Shown here: in pieces, positions 32,700 to 45,916 of the stretch
How the letters are laid out: the number at the start of each line of letters is the position of its first letter
How positions within the stretch are numbered: the stretch's first letter is position 1
Assembly: GCA_004431415.1 (NCBI GenBank)
Contig: QPMI01000131.1
Location: 1 to 64,000, forward strand
DNA from: Cyanophora paradoxa CCMP329
Lineage: Eukaryota; Plantae; Glaucophyta
Direction: 5' to 3'
DNA: 64,000 nt
Notes under the pieces: model-generated
The model's database searches: none
What the model saw: only the letters and a program-made list of their open reading frames with translations
What the model was told of the DNA's origin: nothing
Program-made: the position numbers and the translations under genes

Positions 32700-34198
32700 G
32701 GGGGAGAAAGGATGGTTCTATGTAAGAGCCGGGCAATCAGGGGGTGCAGGGGGGGGTACTCTGAGAGGCGGGGGGTAACTGGAAGAGAAGTGAGAAAGGG
32801 AGTAGTGAGAGAGCGAGGAGAAAGGAAAGAAGAAAAAGGAGAGAGAGGGCGGAGAGGGCGAGGAGCTCGGGGTTGTGATATGGGGCAGGAGAGGACACGA
32901 GTCATGTAGGAAGGCATGAAGGGGGGAAGTGGAGGCCGTACAGGAGGGAGGGGGGTGAGGGGCTGACGTTAATGGGCTTCGGCGCGGCTCCGGGGCGGGC
33001 TGGGGGCGGGGCTCTCGGGCTGGGCGGCGGCGGTTGGCGCGGCCCTTGAGGCGTCGGGCGAGGAGGGGCGGGCGGGGTCGGGGAAGAGAGCGGCCGGACG
33101 AGAGCGCGAAGCGGACCGTGAGGCGGAAACCCCGGGGCGGGGCAGGAGAGCCGGCGAGGGAGCTGGCCTGCGGAGCCATCGGACGAGTCCTTACAGCTTC
33201 TGGGGGCGGTAAAGAGGGCCAGCTGTTCCGCAGGGCGAGAGCGGCTGCAGCGTTACGACGTGCCCGCGCCGTCGAGAAGGGAGGGCGCGCGGGCAGGGGC
33301 GTCAGCGGGCGCTGGGTACGGGGGCGTACACGAGTGGACTTTGCAGGACGGAGGCCAGGTAGGGGGAGGTCGGGGTGGGAGGGCGGCGCAGCAGAAACCT
33401 GCAGCTCAGCCGGTAGGGGTGGGGGGGCGGGGGAGCTGAAGAAACGACGGAGGCGACGCGGATGATTCTTCCGCGAGGTCCGGGGCCAGCGAGGCGAGGG
33501 CCGGCTCTGATAGGGAGAGAAGGGCGAGCGCGGGAGCCAAGGAGGTGCACCGGCACGGGCCGGGCGGGGGTCGGGGCAGGAGTGGGGGCGGGAGCGGCGG
33601 AGGCGTCGGCGGGTGGATCTCGGCAGGGGCCGCCAGGGCCGGCGGCGGCGGCGGCGCGTGGGGCCTAGCAGCGGGGCGGGGTGGCGAGGGGGGCGGAGTA
33701 GGCGCGGCGATCGGGGGCCCCGGTGGAGGCCCCGAGGTCCAGTGTCGACTTCGCGGGGTGCGGACTCGGCAGCATCGTCTAGGCGCCGGCGCCGTCGGAC
33801 CCAGCACCCCAAGCCGATTCCCACGGACAGGCTAAGCGCCGTGAGTATCGCCAGGGCGGCCCAGCTGGGACTAGATAGGGGCCCGAGGATCTCAGCGGCG
33901 CAGCCGGAGGGAAAGAGAGCCCAGGCGGGGGGGTCAGCTAGGGGCCCGAGGACCGGAGCGAAGCTGGCCGCCGTCGGGAGGAGGGCGAGGAAAAGAAGGG
34001 AAAACAGACCGGGGGTGGAAAGGCCAGGTCGGGGGCCCGGGTTTCTGCGGTGGTAAAGCGACATCAGAGAGTCGGGGTGCGGCGGCGGGCGGCGAGCAGG
34101 CGGGCGGAGGCGCGCGCGCTGCGGAGAGCGAACAGCAGGGGTGCATCTTACCCCGGTGAGCCTTTCGGCCCCGGGGGATTGACGCGCGGATTGCCTAT

Positions 34199-34383
34199 CC
34201 ACGGAGAGCCGGACCGCGCGACGGCGGCGTGTGGCCCCATGGCATCGGCGCAACGGAGGGGACCGGACGGATAGCCAAACCGCGCGACGACGGTGTAAGG
34301 CCCCGTTACATCGATCCGTGTGTGAATTGGGGAGGGGCTTATTCACGGATAGCCAAACCGCGCGACGGCGGTGTAAGGCCCCA
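34199..34383. repeat. Three short diverged direct repeats near the LINE 5' region
   Basis: cggatagccaaaccgcgcgacg(a/g)cggtgtaaggcccc at ~34268 and ~34346, with a diverged copy at ~34199. Confidence 0.7.
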
Positions 34384-35813
34384 TGACTTCGGCCAGAGGA
34401 CGGCATGCCTTTAGCGTCGGCAGCGAACGCGGATGGCACGTCGTTCGAACGTCGGCCGCCCGCGCCCGCCACGCAGTGAAAGAGTGGGGATTTGGGAACT
34501 GCGGGGCGGGCGTGAGGCCCGGGCGGGTGGCGCGAACGACGCGCGAGGCGGGGTGATGTCCCTTCGCAAGGGCGCATCGCACGGGGGCTTCTGCAGGGAG
34601 AAGGAGCATGTTCAGGATGCCGCCGCCCGGCTCGAGTTCCGTCGCGGGCGGCGTGTGTTGTTCGGTGGTCGCGCGGCCCTGGAATGGGCGCGGCGCCACA
34701 TCGTTCGACTCCCTCTGCACCGCCGAGCTGCGACGCCGCTAGGCTTGCGCCTTGTTGTTGGCGGTGCGTCGCGAGCCGTGATTTTGGCTCCGGTGTGCTC
34801 GGGCGGTGTCCTCCGGCTCCGTTTGGTGCCGGGAGGCTGCTTATGCTGCTGGACGATGCGCTAGCATCGCCAGTTTCCCGTACGCGCAGGCCTTCGCGAT
34901 GGCCTGGGTACATCGTTTTTTCCAAGAGGCTTGTGATTATCATTAAGCGTTCGCATAAGCCATGAGCATCACAACTTTGTGGGCCATAAGTGCCACCTGG
35001 ATGACTCCAACCTGGTGCGAGCCCCAGCCAATCCCCAACAGCCTGACCTCTTTTCGCCCCAGGTCACATCAGGCTGCTGTCGAGTCGACGAGTTCCTGGC
35101 CAACAACGGCCATCTCGTGTGTCGCTATCGCGCGCTGGGTGCTCAGATCTAATCATTTGGTATCGCAGGTGTGGAGGAAATCATCTCTTGGTCCTCAGGT
35201 GTGTCTCCCAATTTTCAATTGCTGTTCCGCAGGTTGGCGCATTCATCCAGAGGTGTGCATGCTTGACAAGTCTTGAAGCATCCAAGAACAAGCTGTGTAC
35301 TAGCATGTGTCCATATGTGTGTGCTTTGCATGCTGTGATGTGCCTTCATTCAAGCACTTCGAGCATCCACCACAAGTGTGAAATTCAGGTGTTGTGATAA
35401 GCTCATACCTGTGACACGCTCACTATTAAAAACTTCATGATCAGACTTGGCTTAGAAGTGCTTAGCAGCAAGGCTGCTTGTGGCAGGCATACTACTGAAT
35501 ATGCGAGCGAACGCGTAGCATATGACTTTGTATGCCTGCCACTCTGTAAGCAGCCTTGATTCTATATTATGATTGCTAGGGGTACAACCTTCAGTCTTCT
35601 TTCGCGCGAAGCAGTGAAGATTCCTCACGTTCGCGTGTCACAGCAACCCTCAAACACACCAGCTCCAGCTCCAACTCAGCTCCAGCTGCAGCTCGAGCCA
35701 GATTCAACTGCAGCTCAGCCTGTCAGCTTGTGTCGTTGATAAGATGTGGCGACTAGTTTAAGACCTCACGCCCACTACCGTGCGCTTGTGACTCTTAGCC
35801 TCCAGGTTCTTTT

Positions 35814-37415
35814 GTGGCGTCCTGCATCCGCGAGGCCTGGTCCCAGTGGAAAGAGATTGGTGCCAACTATGTGGTGTTGTCGTGGATACGTGAGGGTTTC
35901 CCGTTGACTGGAGCCCGCAATCTGTCTCCGGAGCATCGGCACAATCACAAGTCTGCAGCTGAAGATCACAGTGACTTCGTGAGAACGGAAATTCAGAAAC
36001 TCCTGCGCACCGGGGCCATCCGTGAAGTCCAACAGCACGAGGTGAACATTGTGTGCTCGTTGTCCGTGGTCCCAAAGAAGACTGGTTCCAAGCTTCGTTT
36101 GATCTGGGACGGTCGACCCACTAATCAAGGTCTCCCGGATCGGAAATTTCGATATGAGACCCTCGAACATGTGGCAGCAATGCTTCGTCACGGGTGGTAC
36201 ATGTTCACCATCGACCTAGAGTCCGGCTATCATCATGTGCCTGTGGCGGAGCAAGATTGGCGCAACATGGGCTTCTCCTTTGACCGCAAGTACTACGTTT
36301 ATACAGTTTTACCCTTTGGGCTTAAGCACTCGCCATTTGCATTCGTCAAAATTATGCGGCAAGTGGTCAACTATTTCAGGAAACTGGGCATCTTTGTTGT
36401 CAACTATGTGGACGATTGGTGGTTTGCAGCTCCTACTTTCTTAGAGGCATGCAAGCTTCGAGACTTCGTGCTGGCCACATTTAAAAGGCTTAAGTTGGTG
36501 GTCAACAGCAAGTCAGCACTTACCCCATCTCAGTCCGTTGCTTTCTTGGGCTTCATTGTCGACTCGGCTCGCATGTTGTTTGAGGTTCCTGGTGACAAGC
36601 TGAGCAGACTGCTTCACCTGATCCGCAAGCTCCTACGCAAGCAGTCAGCGTCCGCCCGTGACATGGCAAAGGTGGCAGGCACATTGGTGTCCATGGCTCG
36701 AGGGCTGGCTCCAGCGCGCATCCGGACGCGCGCTCTGTTCCGATACATCAATGTGGCGGCCCGGGAGTGGCACTGGAACCATCCTGTGCAGATTACTGAT
36801 GAGACTCGGTCTGAGCTCCAGTGGTGGCTGGCCAACATACACAAGTACAACGGGCGCTGTCCGATTCGTCCTGAGCGGCTGCTTGTGCTCACCACTGATG
36901 CTAGTCATCTTGGCGCTGGAGCGTGGATTACCACTCGGATTGGTGATGTCCCTCCTGTGCTCTGTGCTCCTGGCCCGCCTCCATTCCAGTGCCTGTGGAA
37001 TAGTGAGGAATCTCAGCGAATTTCTTCTTGGAGGGAGTTACAAGCTGTGCTACGGGCTATGCAACATTATCAGTCTGTGCTTCAGAATCAGAACATCTTG
37101 GTTCGATCGGACAACTCTGTGACGGTTGCTTATATCAACAATGGTGGCGGTCGCCATGCTTATTTGACGGAGATCGCTCGTCAGATTTGGGACATTGCTT
37201 TAACAGGTTGTGTTAGCATTGAGGCCGAGCATATTCCAGGTGTAGACAATGAGTGGTCCGATGCTCTTAGCAGATATTTCTTTCCAGCAGACTACTCCCT
37301 TAAGCCGTTGTATTTCGCTATGGTCAGTCGCATCCTAGGCCCCTTTGATGTGGACAGGATGGCCACTGCTGCCAATGCCCACCTTTCTCGATATTACATC
37401 GGCCCCGCGCAGTAG
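35814..37415 (+). mobile_element. DIRS-like (tyrosine-recombinase) retrotransposon RT-RNase H ORF, truncated at the start of the methyltransferase-like domain
   Basis: VPKK..LRLIWD, FRYETL, IDLESGYHHV, LPFGL..SP..F, YVDD; RNase H motifs TDAS, RELQAV, RSDN, HIPG..N..DALSR; then GPFDVDRMA. Flanks ~34960-35800 and 37420-37810 look like decayed parts of the same element. Confidence 0.88.
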
Positions 37416-38495
37416 AGAGCAGCTTTTTACAGCCAGCAGGCGTAATTGCAAGCAGAGGTTTCGCCGTTCAGTGCAATTGCAAGGTTTCTCGACCGTCGCC
37501 AGCCTGAATCTTAATGAGACTTGCCACCTGAGCAGATTTTTTCAGGTTCTTTTTCAGGCTGGTCGGTTTTATGCAGTTGCAATGGGTTGGTCTAGTCCAG
37601 TGTGTGCCATCGAGGCGCCTCAATATTTGAATACCTTGCGATGCTTTCCTCACGATCGTTCTCTTCTCTTCTTCAAGGCTTCTTGCAATCAGCTTTTTTC
37701 GATCTTTAGGGCTTCTTGGGATCTTACAGCGCTCAACTCTTCCGAAATTCGGAGGTTGATTGCTGGGCTTGCCAGTCACATCGTTATATCCATGATTCGC
37801 GATGTACAGATCTAGATCTAGAGCACCGGTACCGCCGGCGCGGCCGGCTCAGCGGCAAGCGCTATTCCTGCAGTTCTCCATCTCATGATCATGATCCGTT
37901 TCCACCTCGGGCCTGTTCGCTTGCGCAAGTTGCATTCTTGCGCCTCCGCCGGGCCGTCCCCCCGTTTACGGCCGTACCTCCATGAACCCCAAGCCCCCGT
38001 GGGCCGCGCGAGGGTGAGGGGCCGATGTTTGTTTTGCAAAAACGACGATATATTGACGTTCGCGGCACAACCACATCATCGGCGGCCACCGCGGCCATGA
38101 TGATCACTTATGATCACTAACAAGAGAGAACAAGAGAAGAAATGGAGGGAAGATTAATTCTAACAAGTAGCCTCATGATTACTAACAATTAGAGAATACC
38201 AAGACAGCTGGCCAAGAAATGGAGGGAAGATTCGAGGCAGAATCGCTTCGAATTCGGAGGGGGGGAGAGGGCCGGGGGAGAGGGGGTCGATTATCGATCC
38301 AGAGCCTGATCTCTCCTCTAATTTATAAGAAGCAAGAGGAAGCGAGGCGGCGCGGAAATTGGCCGCCGGGTGCCTAGGCCTCAGCGCGGAAAGCATCTCT
38401 ATCAATGAATATCTCTGATGTGCAGGTGCGTGCATCGAATGCCGCCCGAGCTTCGACGAGTGCACATTTTGAAATTCTTCCTGGAGCAGCGCGCG

Positions 38496-41290
38496 ATGTC
38501 AAAATCGACCCGCCGCGTCCACGTCCGGCCGCGGGGCGCGAATGTACATGGGGCCGCGGATGCATTGCCGAATGAGCGCGGGGTGAACGTCAGCTGCAGA
38601 GCGAGCGATCGTGACGACCGCGTCTCCGTCGCGAGCTCGAGCCCGACAGACATTCTGAGCCAAAACGACGCGGCGCGTATGCGCATGCTTCGCCAGGTGC
38701 ACGCCGCGGCGCGCATGCGCATGCTTCGCTAGGATTTTGCCTTTCAGAAAAAGAAGCGTGTGCATGTTGACTATTTAATTGTAACGAATATTTCGCCCTT
38801 GTGAAACCAGCCGGCGATTGTGGATATTTCAGTGGCGCGGGAGAACTTCATCATGAATCGCGAGGGCGGCGTCGACCTCGTGGTCCACCGCCGCCATCCG
38901 GACGGCTCTGTGAAAAAGACGAACATGTCCTCCCGCGAGGTGGAAAAGGTGCCCGCGACCAAAGCGGCGCGCCCGAGGTCGCTGATTCCGTCCGATATAT
39001 TTTCTGAGGCCTCCGGTCCACCTGCACACATGCGCAGGAGGATCGGCACAAGCTGATTGAGTTCTACGAGTCTACCCTCCTCGCGGTCTTCAAGCAGCGT
39101 CAGATGCAAACAATTGTCAGCAAAGTTTTCAGAATGCTCGGGCTGCAGGCCAGCTGGCCCCTGCGCGGCGTATCCAGGTCCGCGCCCGTCCATGGCCAAA
39201 TTCTAATTCATTCATTATACAAATCCGCGAAGCACGATCACGCCTTTATCGAACTTCGGACGTCGACGTTCAATCGCATATGCACGCGCAGGTGGTTTCG
39301 GCGGCTGATTGAGGAGATGGAATGGGCGCCGGCAAGCCTGGAGCTGGGGCTCGACTTTGAGAATGATAACGCGTGCGATACACTCGTTTCTCTCATCGAG
39401 GAGGGAAAGCTACGGCTCGGCAGCGGCGCCAGCGTCTCCATCAGGCTGAAGTACGCCACTGATTGCACGGTCGAGGACATTTGCAGCCTCCTCGCAGCGA
39501 TCTCGCATCCGCGAAAGGTCGATATCGAGCTGCTCTCAGGATCGCTCGACGTCGACGACGACATCGACGAGGATTTTCTTCGCGACCTGGTGCTCGGAGT
39601 GCTGCGGGCGCTCCAACCGAAGGAAGGAGCTGCTGGTCGGCTAGAGAATCTCAGCTTCTGTCTGGACCCTAGCAGCTATGAAGGAGAGTGGACGAACTGG
39701 CCGTCCGCCTCGGCCGACGAGCTGCGGGAGGCCCTCGCCCCCTTCGGCGCGCTCCGCTCCCTCGGCATCTTCTTCGAACAAGTCGGCGCCGCAGCGGTCA
39801 TCGTAGCGGCCTGCCCCAACCTCCGCAGCATCCGCCTCCAGGCTAAATCATCGGACGGGCCAGACGAAACCGGCGAAGATTGGGACGAGCTGCAATACGG
39901 CGGGTCGGATATTCTGGCGGCCCTGGCGCCGCTGGCGTGCCTGGAGCACGTAACGCTCGAGTACCCCGACCGCGACATCGACGACGTCGACGCCAATACT
40001 GACACCAGAATTCCCAACGAGGGCCTTCGGGAGCTCGCGCGCGGCCCCGCTGGGCGGACTCTCAAGAGCATCCATTTCGCGAAGGAAGCGTGGCTGATCG
40101 ACTGGTGCGTTTCTTCTGACCATGATGGAATTATAATCAGCAATAATACGTCTTAAACGGTGATACTTGGGTACCTGTGCAGTGACGGACATACATTTTC
40201 TACGCTGACACTTATGCCGAATCTTGAATCCATCGGGAAACTCCAACTGACGGTGCCCCGCGTTTAATCTCTGAATTGTACTTGCCCCCACGCCAGTTAA
40301 CGTCGTTTCCGCGGTGCCTGCAGGGTTTCAATAGAATCGCTCCAAAGAAGATCCTGGCCCTTGGACGCGTCACTCTTCTACGGGAGATCGACATCGGCTT
40401 GGAGATCGACGGCGGCTCGCGGCCGCCTCGCCAGCAGCTGCGTGCCCTCGCGAAGGCACTCTCCAGTCTAACCGATTTGGAGAGCCTGAGACTGGATCTC
40501 CACGGTACGTAATTATAAGCGCTAGCGCGAGGTCGATTGTAATTTATTTAATTACGAATCGTGCGCCTATCGCTTTTTTCATCTCAGGGCTGCCAGCCAC
40601 ATTCTCGAACGATGTTGTGGGCCTTCTCAAGAGCTCTGAAGTGCAGGAAGCCCTCACCCACCTGGCGGTTTGCATCGAAGCAAAGGCCCTGAGAAATTTT
40701 GCAGCGGCCATCTCCCACTCTCTTCTCTTCTCGCTCGAACTGGACGTGACGACCAAGAGTGAGCCACTTGCCGAGCCCTGAGATGTACATATTTCGAATT
40801 CTCAGTTGGCACCGATATCGCTCACCTGCGGCCGGCGCCGGCGCCGTCCCCGTTTTTGCAGGCCTTGCCGCAGACCCAGCGAAAATTGTCGAATTTCTTG
40901 AAAGCGATGCAGCGTTTGCGGGCTCCACGCATTTCCGCCTTCAACTGTACCGCCCGCTCTCGGAGGCGGAGGCCGAGGCGATCGTGTCGCTTCCGGGTCT
41001 CACGCACCTCGAGATCGTCATCTTGAGCGACCGGGAGCCGCAGCGGGTACTCCCGTACCAGGTCTGAGCTCGATCACCTCGAGGCTGCCGCCGCGAAGCT
41101 CGTAATTACGGCTGCTGACCCACTGTCTCAGATCCTGGAGGAAGGCCTCGAATTCTCCGACGTCGAATTCAGGCTTCGCGGCTACGTTACCGAGAGCATC
41201 GGGGGCATCTTCGAGAGACGCCCGCGGCCGTCGACCGTGATTTGCCCATGCATAATTGGGGACGGACCTCCTCGCCCTCTCTCCACTTAG
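38496..41290 (+). CDS. Host multi-exon chromo-shadow-like + F-box + LRR-like protein, copy A (ends approximate)
   Basis: GT-AG exons give ...REGGVDLVVHRRHPDGS..REVEK|EDRHKLIEFYES..IVSKVFRMLGLQASWPLRGVSR|WFRRLIEEMEW, followed by LRR-like CPNLRSIRL and LESLRLDL. Confidence 0.7.
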
Positions 41291-41463
41291 GGGTATCCGG
41301 AGGTCAACATCCAAATCGTGTGCCTCCGGCCGCGGGCCCGATATCAATCACAAGCTCGAGGCTCCGGGATATCGATCAGCCGTCGCGGCTGGCTGCAGCT
41401 GCAGCGCTAGCTCAGCGGCTGGCCGTGTTCTGAGTTCGTTTCCGGATCAGCCGTCGATGTCGC

Positions 41464-44400
41464 GGCTGGCTGCAGCTGCAGCTGCAGCCTGCAGCTGGCC
41501 GTGTTCATGGACGTGCACGTGCGCATGCGCTCTAGATCTTGTGTCGCAGTTTCGATCATATGAGGTCATCCAAAAACTCGCAATCCACAAGAAATTCGAT
41601 TTTCCTATCGATATCATGGCAATGCCAGATATATACTTGCGCTCGCCCACCGCTCGTCTCAGGATGTGCAAGGTGGGGTCTAAATAATAGAGACAGCATC
41701 TAGCTATAGATCTGCAGCTAACGCTCGATCTCACTGCCGCGCTAGCGAATTCGAAACCGAAATGAAAAGAACGCGCACAACTCGTCTCAGGATGTGCAAG
41801 GTGGGGTCTAAATAATAGAGACAGCATCTAGATCTAGATCTACAGCTAACGCTCGATCTCACAGCCGCGCTAGCGAATTCGAAACCGAAATGAAAAGAAC
41901 GCGCACAACAAATTAAAAAGCCTTGCGCGCTGCGCCGCCGCCCCCGCGCCTTCGCACCGCCCTCCAGCCTCCGAGCCCTGCCGCCCGGCGGCCGCCCGCC
42001 GCGGCGCCGCGCCTCCCGGAGTCCGGCCCGTCCCGCCAAGCCGCGCCGCCGCCACCCTGGTAGGCGAGCTGCGCCGCCGCCCGCCGCGCCTCCGGATCCG
42101 CCCCGCGCCGCCGCCAGCCGCGTCCAGGACTCCGCCCCGGCCCGCAGCCGCCTGGTGTGCCACGGTGCCTTCGGATCCGCCCGGCCCCGCCGGCCTAGTC
42201 GAGCAGCTGCAGCCACTCGCTGCGCCGAGCGCACGCGTACGCTGCCCGGCGGCCGCAGTACTAGCCTAGTAGTGCGCCGGCGCGCGGCGCCGGCGGCTGC
42301 GCGCGGGCTGCGCTGCGCTGCGCGGCCGGGAGCTCGAGACTGCATCCAATATCGAGCTCGAGGGAGATCTAGACCATATATATATAGGGAAGTTCGAGGG
42401 AATAATATTCCGGCCATATCCGGCCGGTAGTGATTGATCGTGATCATGCATATGAGGCGAGATCGATCTATATATATAGCTAGATCTGGCCGGAGAGCAC
42501 AAATATACATATCGAGCTAGAGAATTGCTTGCAATTGGATCGGAGATCCCTAGAGGGCGCCGGAATTAATATTCTGACGGAAGCGTAAGAGCTGCAGGAG
42601 ACGGGACGTCGATCGCGGCGCCGGCCGTGCCGCGCGTTAATCGCAGGCTCCGGATCCTGTTGTCCGATCTGCCGCTGCTATCGCGAGCTCAAGTTCAAGG
42701 TACGCAAGCATGCATATGCGCATATACGCGCGCCATGCGCATCATTTGAATTCGCAGACCCCAATCGCAATCGCGCGATGTCGCAATCTGGACGTGTCGA
42801 AGTTTCGCGAGAGGACGGTGGCGAAGGGCTTGCCTCCGCCGCGCCGGCGCGCCAGACAGACATTCTGAGCCACAAAGACCAGGTGCGCAGGCATGTCGTG
42901 GCGCGTATGCCGCGCCAGAATTTCGCCCTTTTGCCTTTTGTATGCCGTGGCTGGCTGCAGCTGCAGCTGCAGCCTGCAGCTGGCCGTGTTCATGGACGTG
43001 CACGTGCGCATGCGCTCTAGATCTTGTGTCGCAGTTTCGATCATATGAGGTCATCCAAAAACTCGCAATCCACAAGAAATTCGATTTTCCTATCGATATC
43101 ATGGCAATGCCAGATATATACTTGCGCTCGCCCACCGCTCGTCTCAGGATGTGCAAGGTGGGGTCTAAATAATAGAGACAGCATCTAGCTATAGATCTGC
43201 AGCTAACGCTCGATCTCACTGCCGCGCTAGCGAATTCGAAACCGAAATGAAAAGAACGCGCACAACTCGTCTCAGGATGTGCAAGGTGGGGTCTAAATAA
43301 TAGAGACAGCATCTAGATCTAGATCTACAGCTAACGCTCGATCTCACAGCCGCGCTAGCGAATTCGAAACCGAAATGAAAAGAACGCGCACAACAAATTA
43401 AAAAGCCTTGCGCGCTGCGCCGCCGCCCCCGCGCCTTCGCACCGCCCTCCAGCCTCCGAGCCCTGCCGCCCGGCGGCCGCCCGCCGCGGCGCCGCGCCTC
43501 CCGGAGTCCGGCCCGTCCCGCCAAGCCGCGCCGCCGCCACCCTGGTAGGCGAGCTGCGCCGCCGCCCGCCGCGCCTCCGGATCCGCCCCGCGCCGCCGCC
43601 AGCCGCGTCCAGGACTCCGCCCCGGCCCGCAGCCGCCTGGTGTGCCACGGTGCCTTCGGATCCGCCCGGCCCCGCCGGCCTAGTCGAGCAGCTGCAGCCA
43701 CTCGCTGCGCCGAGCGCACGCGTACGCTGCCCGGCGGCCGCAGTACTAGCCTAGTAGTGCGCCGGCGCGCGGCGCCGGCGGCTGCGCGCGGGCTGCGCTG
43801 CGCTGCGCGGCCGGGAGCTCGAGACTGCATCCAATATCGAGCTCGAGGGAGATCTAGACCATATATATATAGGGAAGTTCGAGGGAATAATATTCCGGCC
43901 ATATCCGGCCGGTAGTGATTGATCGTGATCATGCATATGAGGCGAGATCGATCTATATATATAGCTAGATCTGGCCGGAGAGCACAAATATACATATCGA
44001 GCTAGAGAATTGCTTGCAATTGGATCGGAGATCCCTAGAGGGCGCCGGAATTAATATTCTGACGGAAGCGTAAGAGCTGCAGGAGACGGGACGTCGATCG
44101 CGGCGCCGGCCGTGCCGCGCGTTAATCGCAGGCTCCGGATCCTGTTGTCCGATCTGCCGCTGCTATCGCGAGCTCAAGTTCAAGGTACGCAAGCATGCAT
44201 ATGCGCATATACGCGCGCCATGCGCATCATTTGAATTCGCAGACCCCAATCGCAATCGCGCGATGTCGCAATCTGGACGTGTCGAAGTTTCGCGAGAGGA
44301 CGGTGGCGAAGGGCTTGCCTCCGCCGCGCCGGCGCGCCAGACAGACATTCTGAGCCACAAAGACCAGGTGCGCAGGCATGTCGTGGCGCGTATGCCGCGC

Positions 44401-45916
44401 CAGAATTTCGCCCTTTTGCCTTTTGTATGCCGTGGCTGGCTGCAGCTGCAGCTGCAGCCTGCAGCTGGCCGTGTTCATGGACGTGCACGTGCGCATGCGC
44501 TCTAGATCTTGTGTCGCAGTTTCGATCATATGAGGTCATCCAAAAACTCGCAATCCACAAGAAATTCGATTTTCCTATCGATATCATGGCAATGCCAGAT
44601 ATATACTTGCGCTCGCCCACCGCTCGTCTCAGGATGTGCAAGGTGGGGTCTAAATAATAGAGACAGCATCTAGCTATAGATCTGCAGCTAACGCTCGATC
44701 TCACTGCCGCGCTAGCGAATTCGAAACCGAAATGAAAAGAACGCGCACAACTCGTCTCAGGATGTGCAAGGTGGGGTCTAAATAATAGAGACAGCATCTA
44801 GATCTAGATCTACAGCTAACGCTCGATCTCACAGCCGCGCTAGCGAATTCGAAACCGAAATGAAAAGAACGCGCACAACAAATTAAAAAGCCTTGCGCGC
44901 TGCGCCGCCGCCCCCCGCGCCTTCGCACCGCCCTCCAGCCTCCGAGCCCTGCCGCCCGGCGGCCGCCCGCCGCGGCGCCGCGCCTCCCGGAGTCCGGCCC
45001 GTCCCGCCAAGCCGCGCCGCCGCCACCCTGGTAGGCGAGCTGCGCCGCCGCCCGCCGCGCCTCCGGATCCGCCCGCGCCGCCGCCAGCCGCGTCCAGGAC
45101 TCCGCCCGGCCCGCAGCCGCCTGGTGTGCCACGGTGCCTTCGGATCCGCCCGGCCCCGCCGGCCTAGTCGAGCAGCTGCAGCCACTCGCTGCGCCGAGCG
45201 CACGCGTACGCTGCCCGGCGGCCGCAGTACTAGCCTAGTAGTGCGCCGGCGCGCGGCGCCGGCGGCTGCGCGCGGGCTGCGCTGCGCTGCGCGGCCGGGA
45301 GCTCGAGACTGCATCCAATATCGAGCTCGAGGGAGATCTAGACCATATATATATAGGGAAGTTCGAGGGAATAATATTCCGGCCATATCCGGCCGGTAGT
45401 GATTGATCGTGATCATGCATATGAGGCGAGATCGATCTATATATATAGCTAGATCTGGCCGGAGAGCACAAATATACATATCGAGCTAGAGAATTGCTTG
45501 CAATTGGATCGGAGATCCCTAGAGGGCGCCGGAATTAATATTCTGACGGAAGCGTAAGAGCTGCAGGAGACGGGACGTCGATCGCGGCGCCGGCCGTGCC
45601 GCGCGTTAATCGCAGGCTCCGGATCCTGTTGTCCGATCTGCCGCTGCTATCGCGAGCTCAAGTTCAAGGTACGCAAGCATGCATATGCGCATATACGCGC
45701 GCCATGCGCATCATTTGAATTCGCAGACCCCAATCGCAATCGCGCGATGTCGCAATCTGGACGTGTCGAAGTTTCGCGAGAGGACGGTGGCGAAGGGCTT
45801 GCCTCCGCCGCGCCGGCGCGCCAGACAGACATTCTGAGCCACAAAGACCAGGTGCGCAGGCATGTCGTGGCGCGTATGCCGCGCCAGAATTTCGCCCTTT
45901 TGCCTTTTGTATGCCG
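41464..45916. repeat. Tandem triplication of a 1485-bp unit; each unit has an internal 128-bp direct repeat and exon 1 of F-box copy B
   Basis: Units start at 41464, 42949 and 44434; identical ORFs recur at +1485. Confidence 0.95.

Larger units (their letters stand above)
23301..34943 (-). mobile_element. Long non-LTR retrotransposon (APE + RT); 3' part interrupted by the virus; 5' boundary approximate
   Basis: Continuous minus-strand coding fragments with APE and RT motifs, preceded by long Pro-rich ORFs; uniform G-rich plus strand. Confidence 0.75.

Noticed and set aside
37420-37810. Tyrosine recombinase gene of the DIRS element
   Set aside because: Only a faint resemblance to the N-terminal part (LAISFFRSLG); no catalytic R-H-R-Y motifs.
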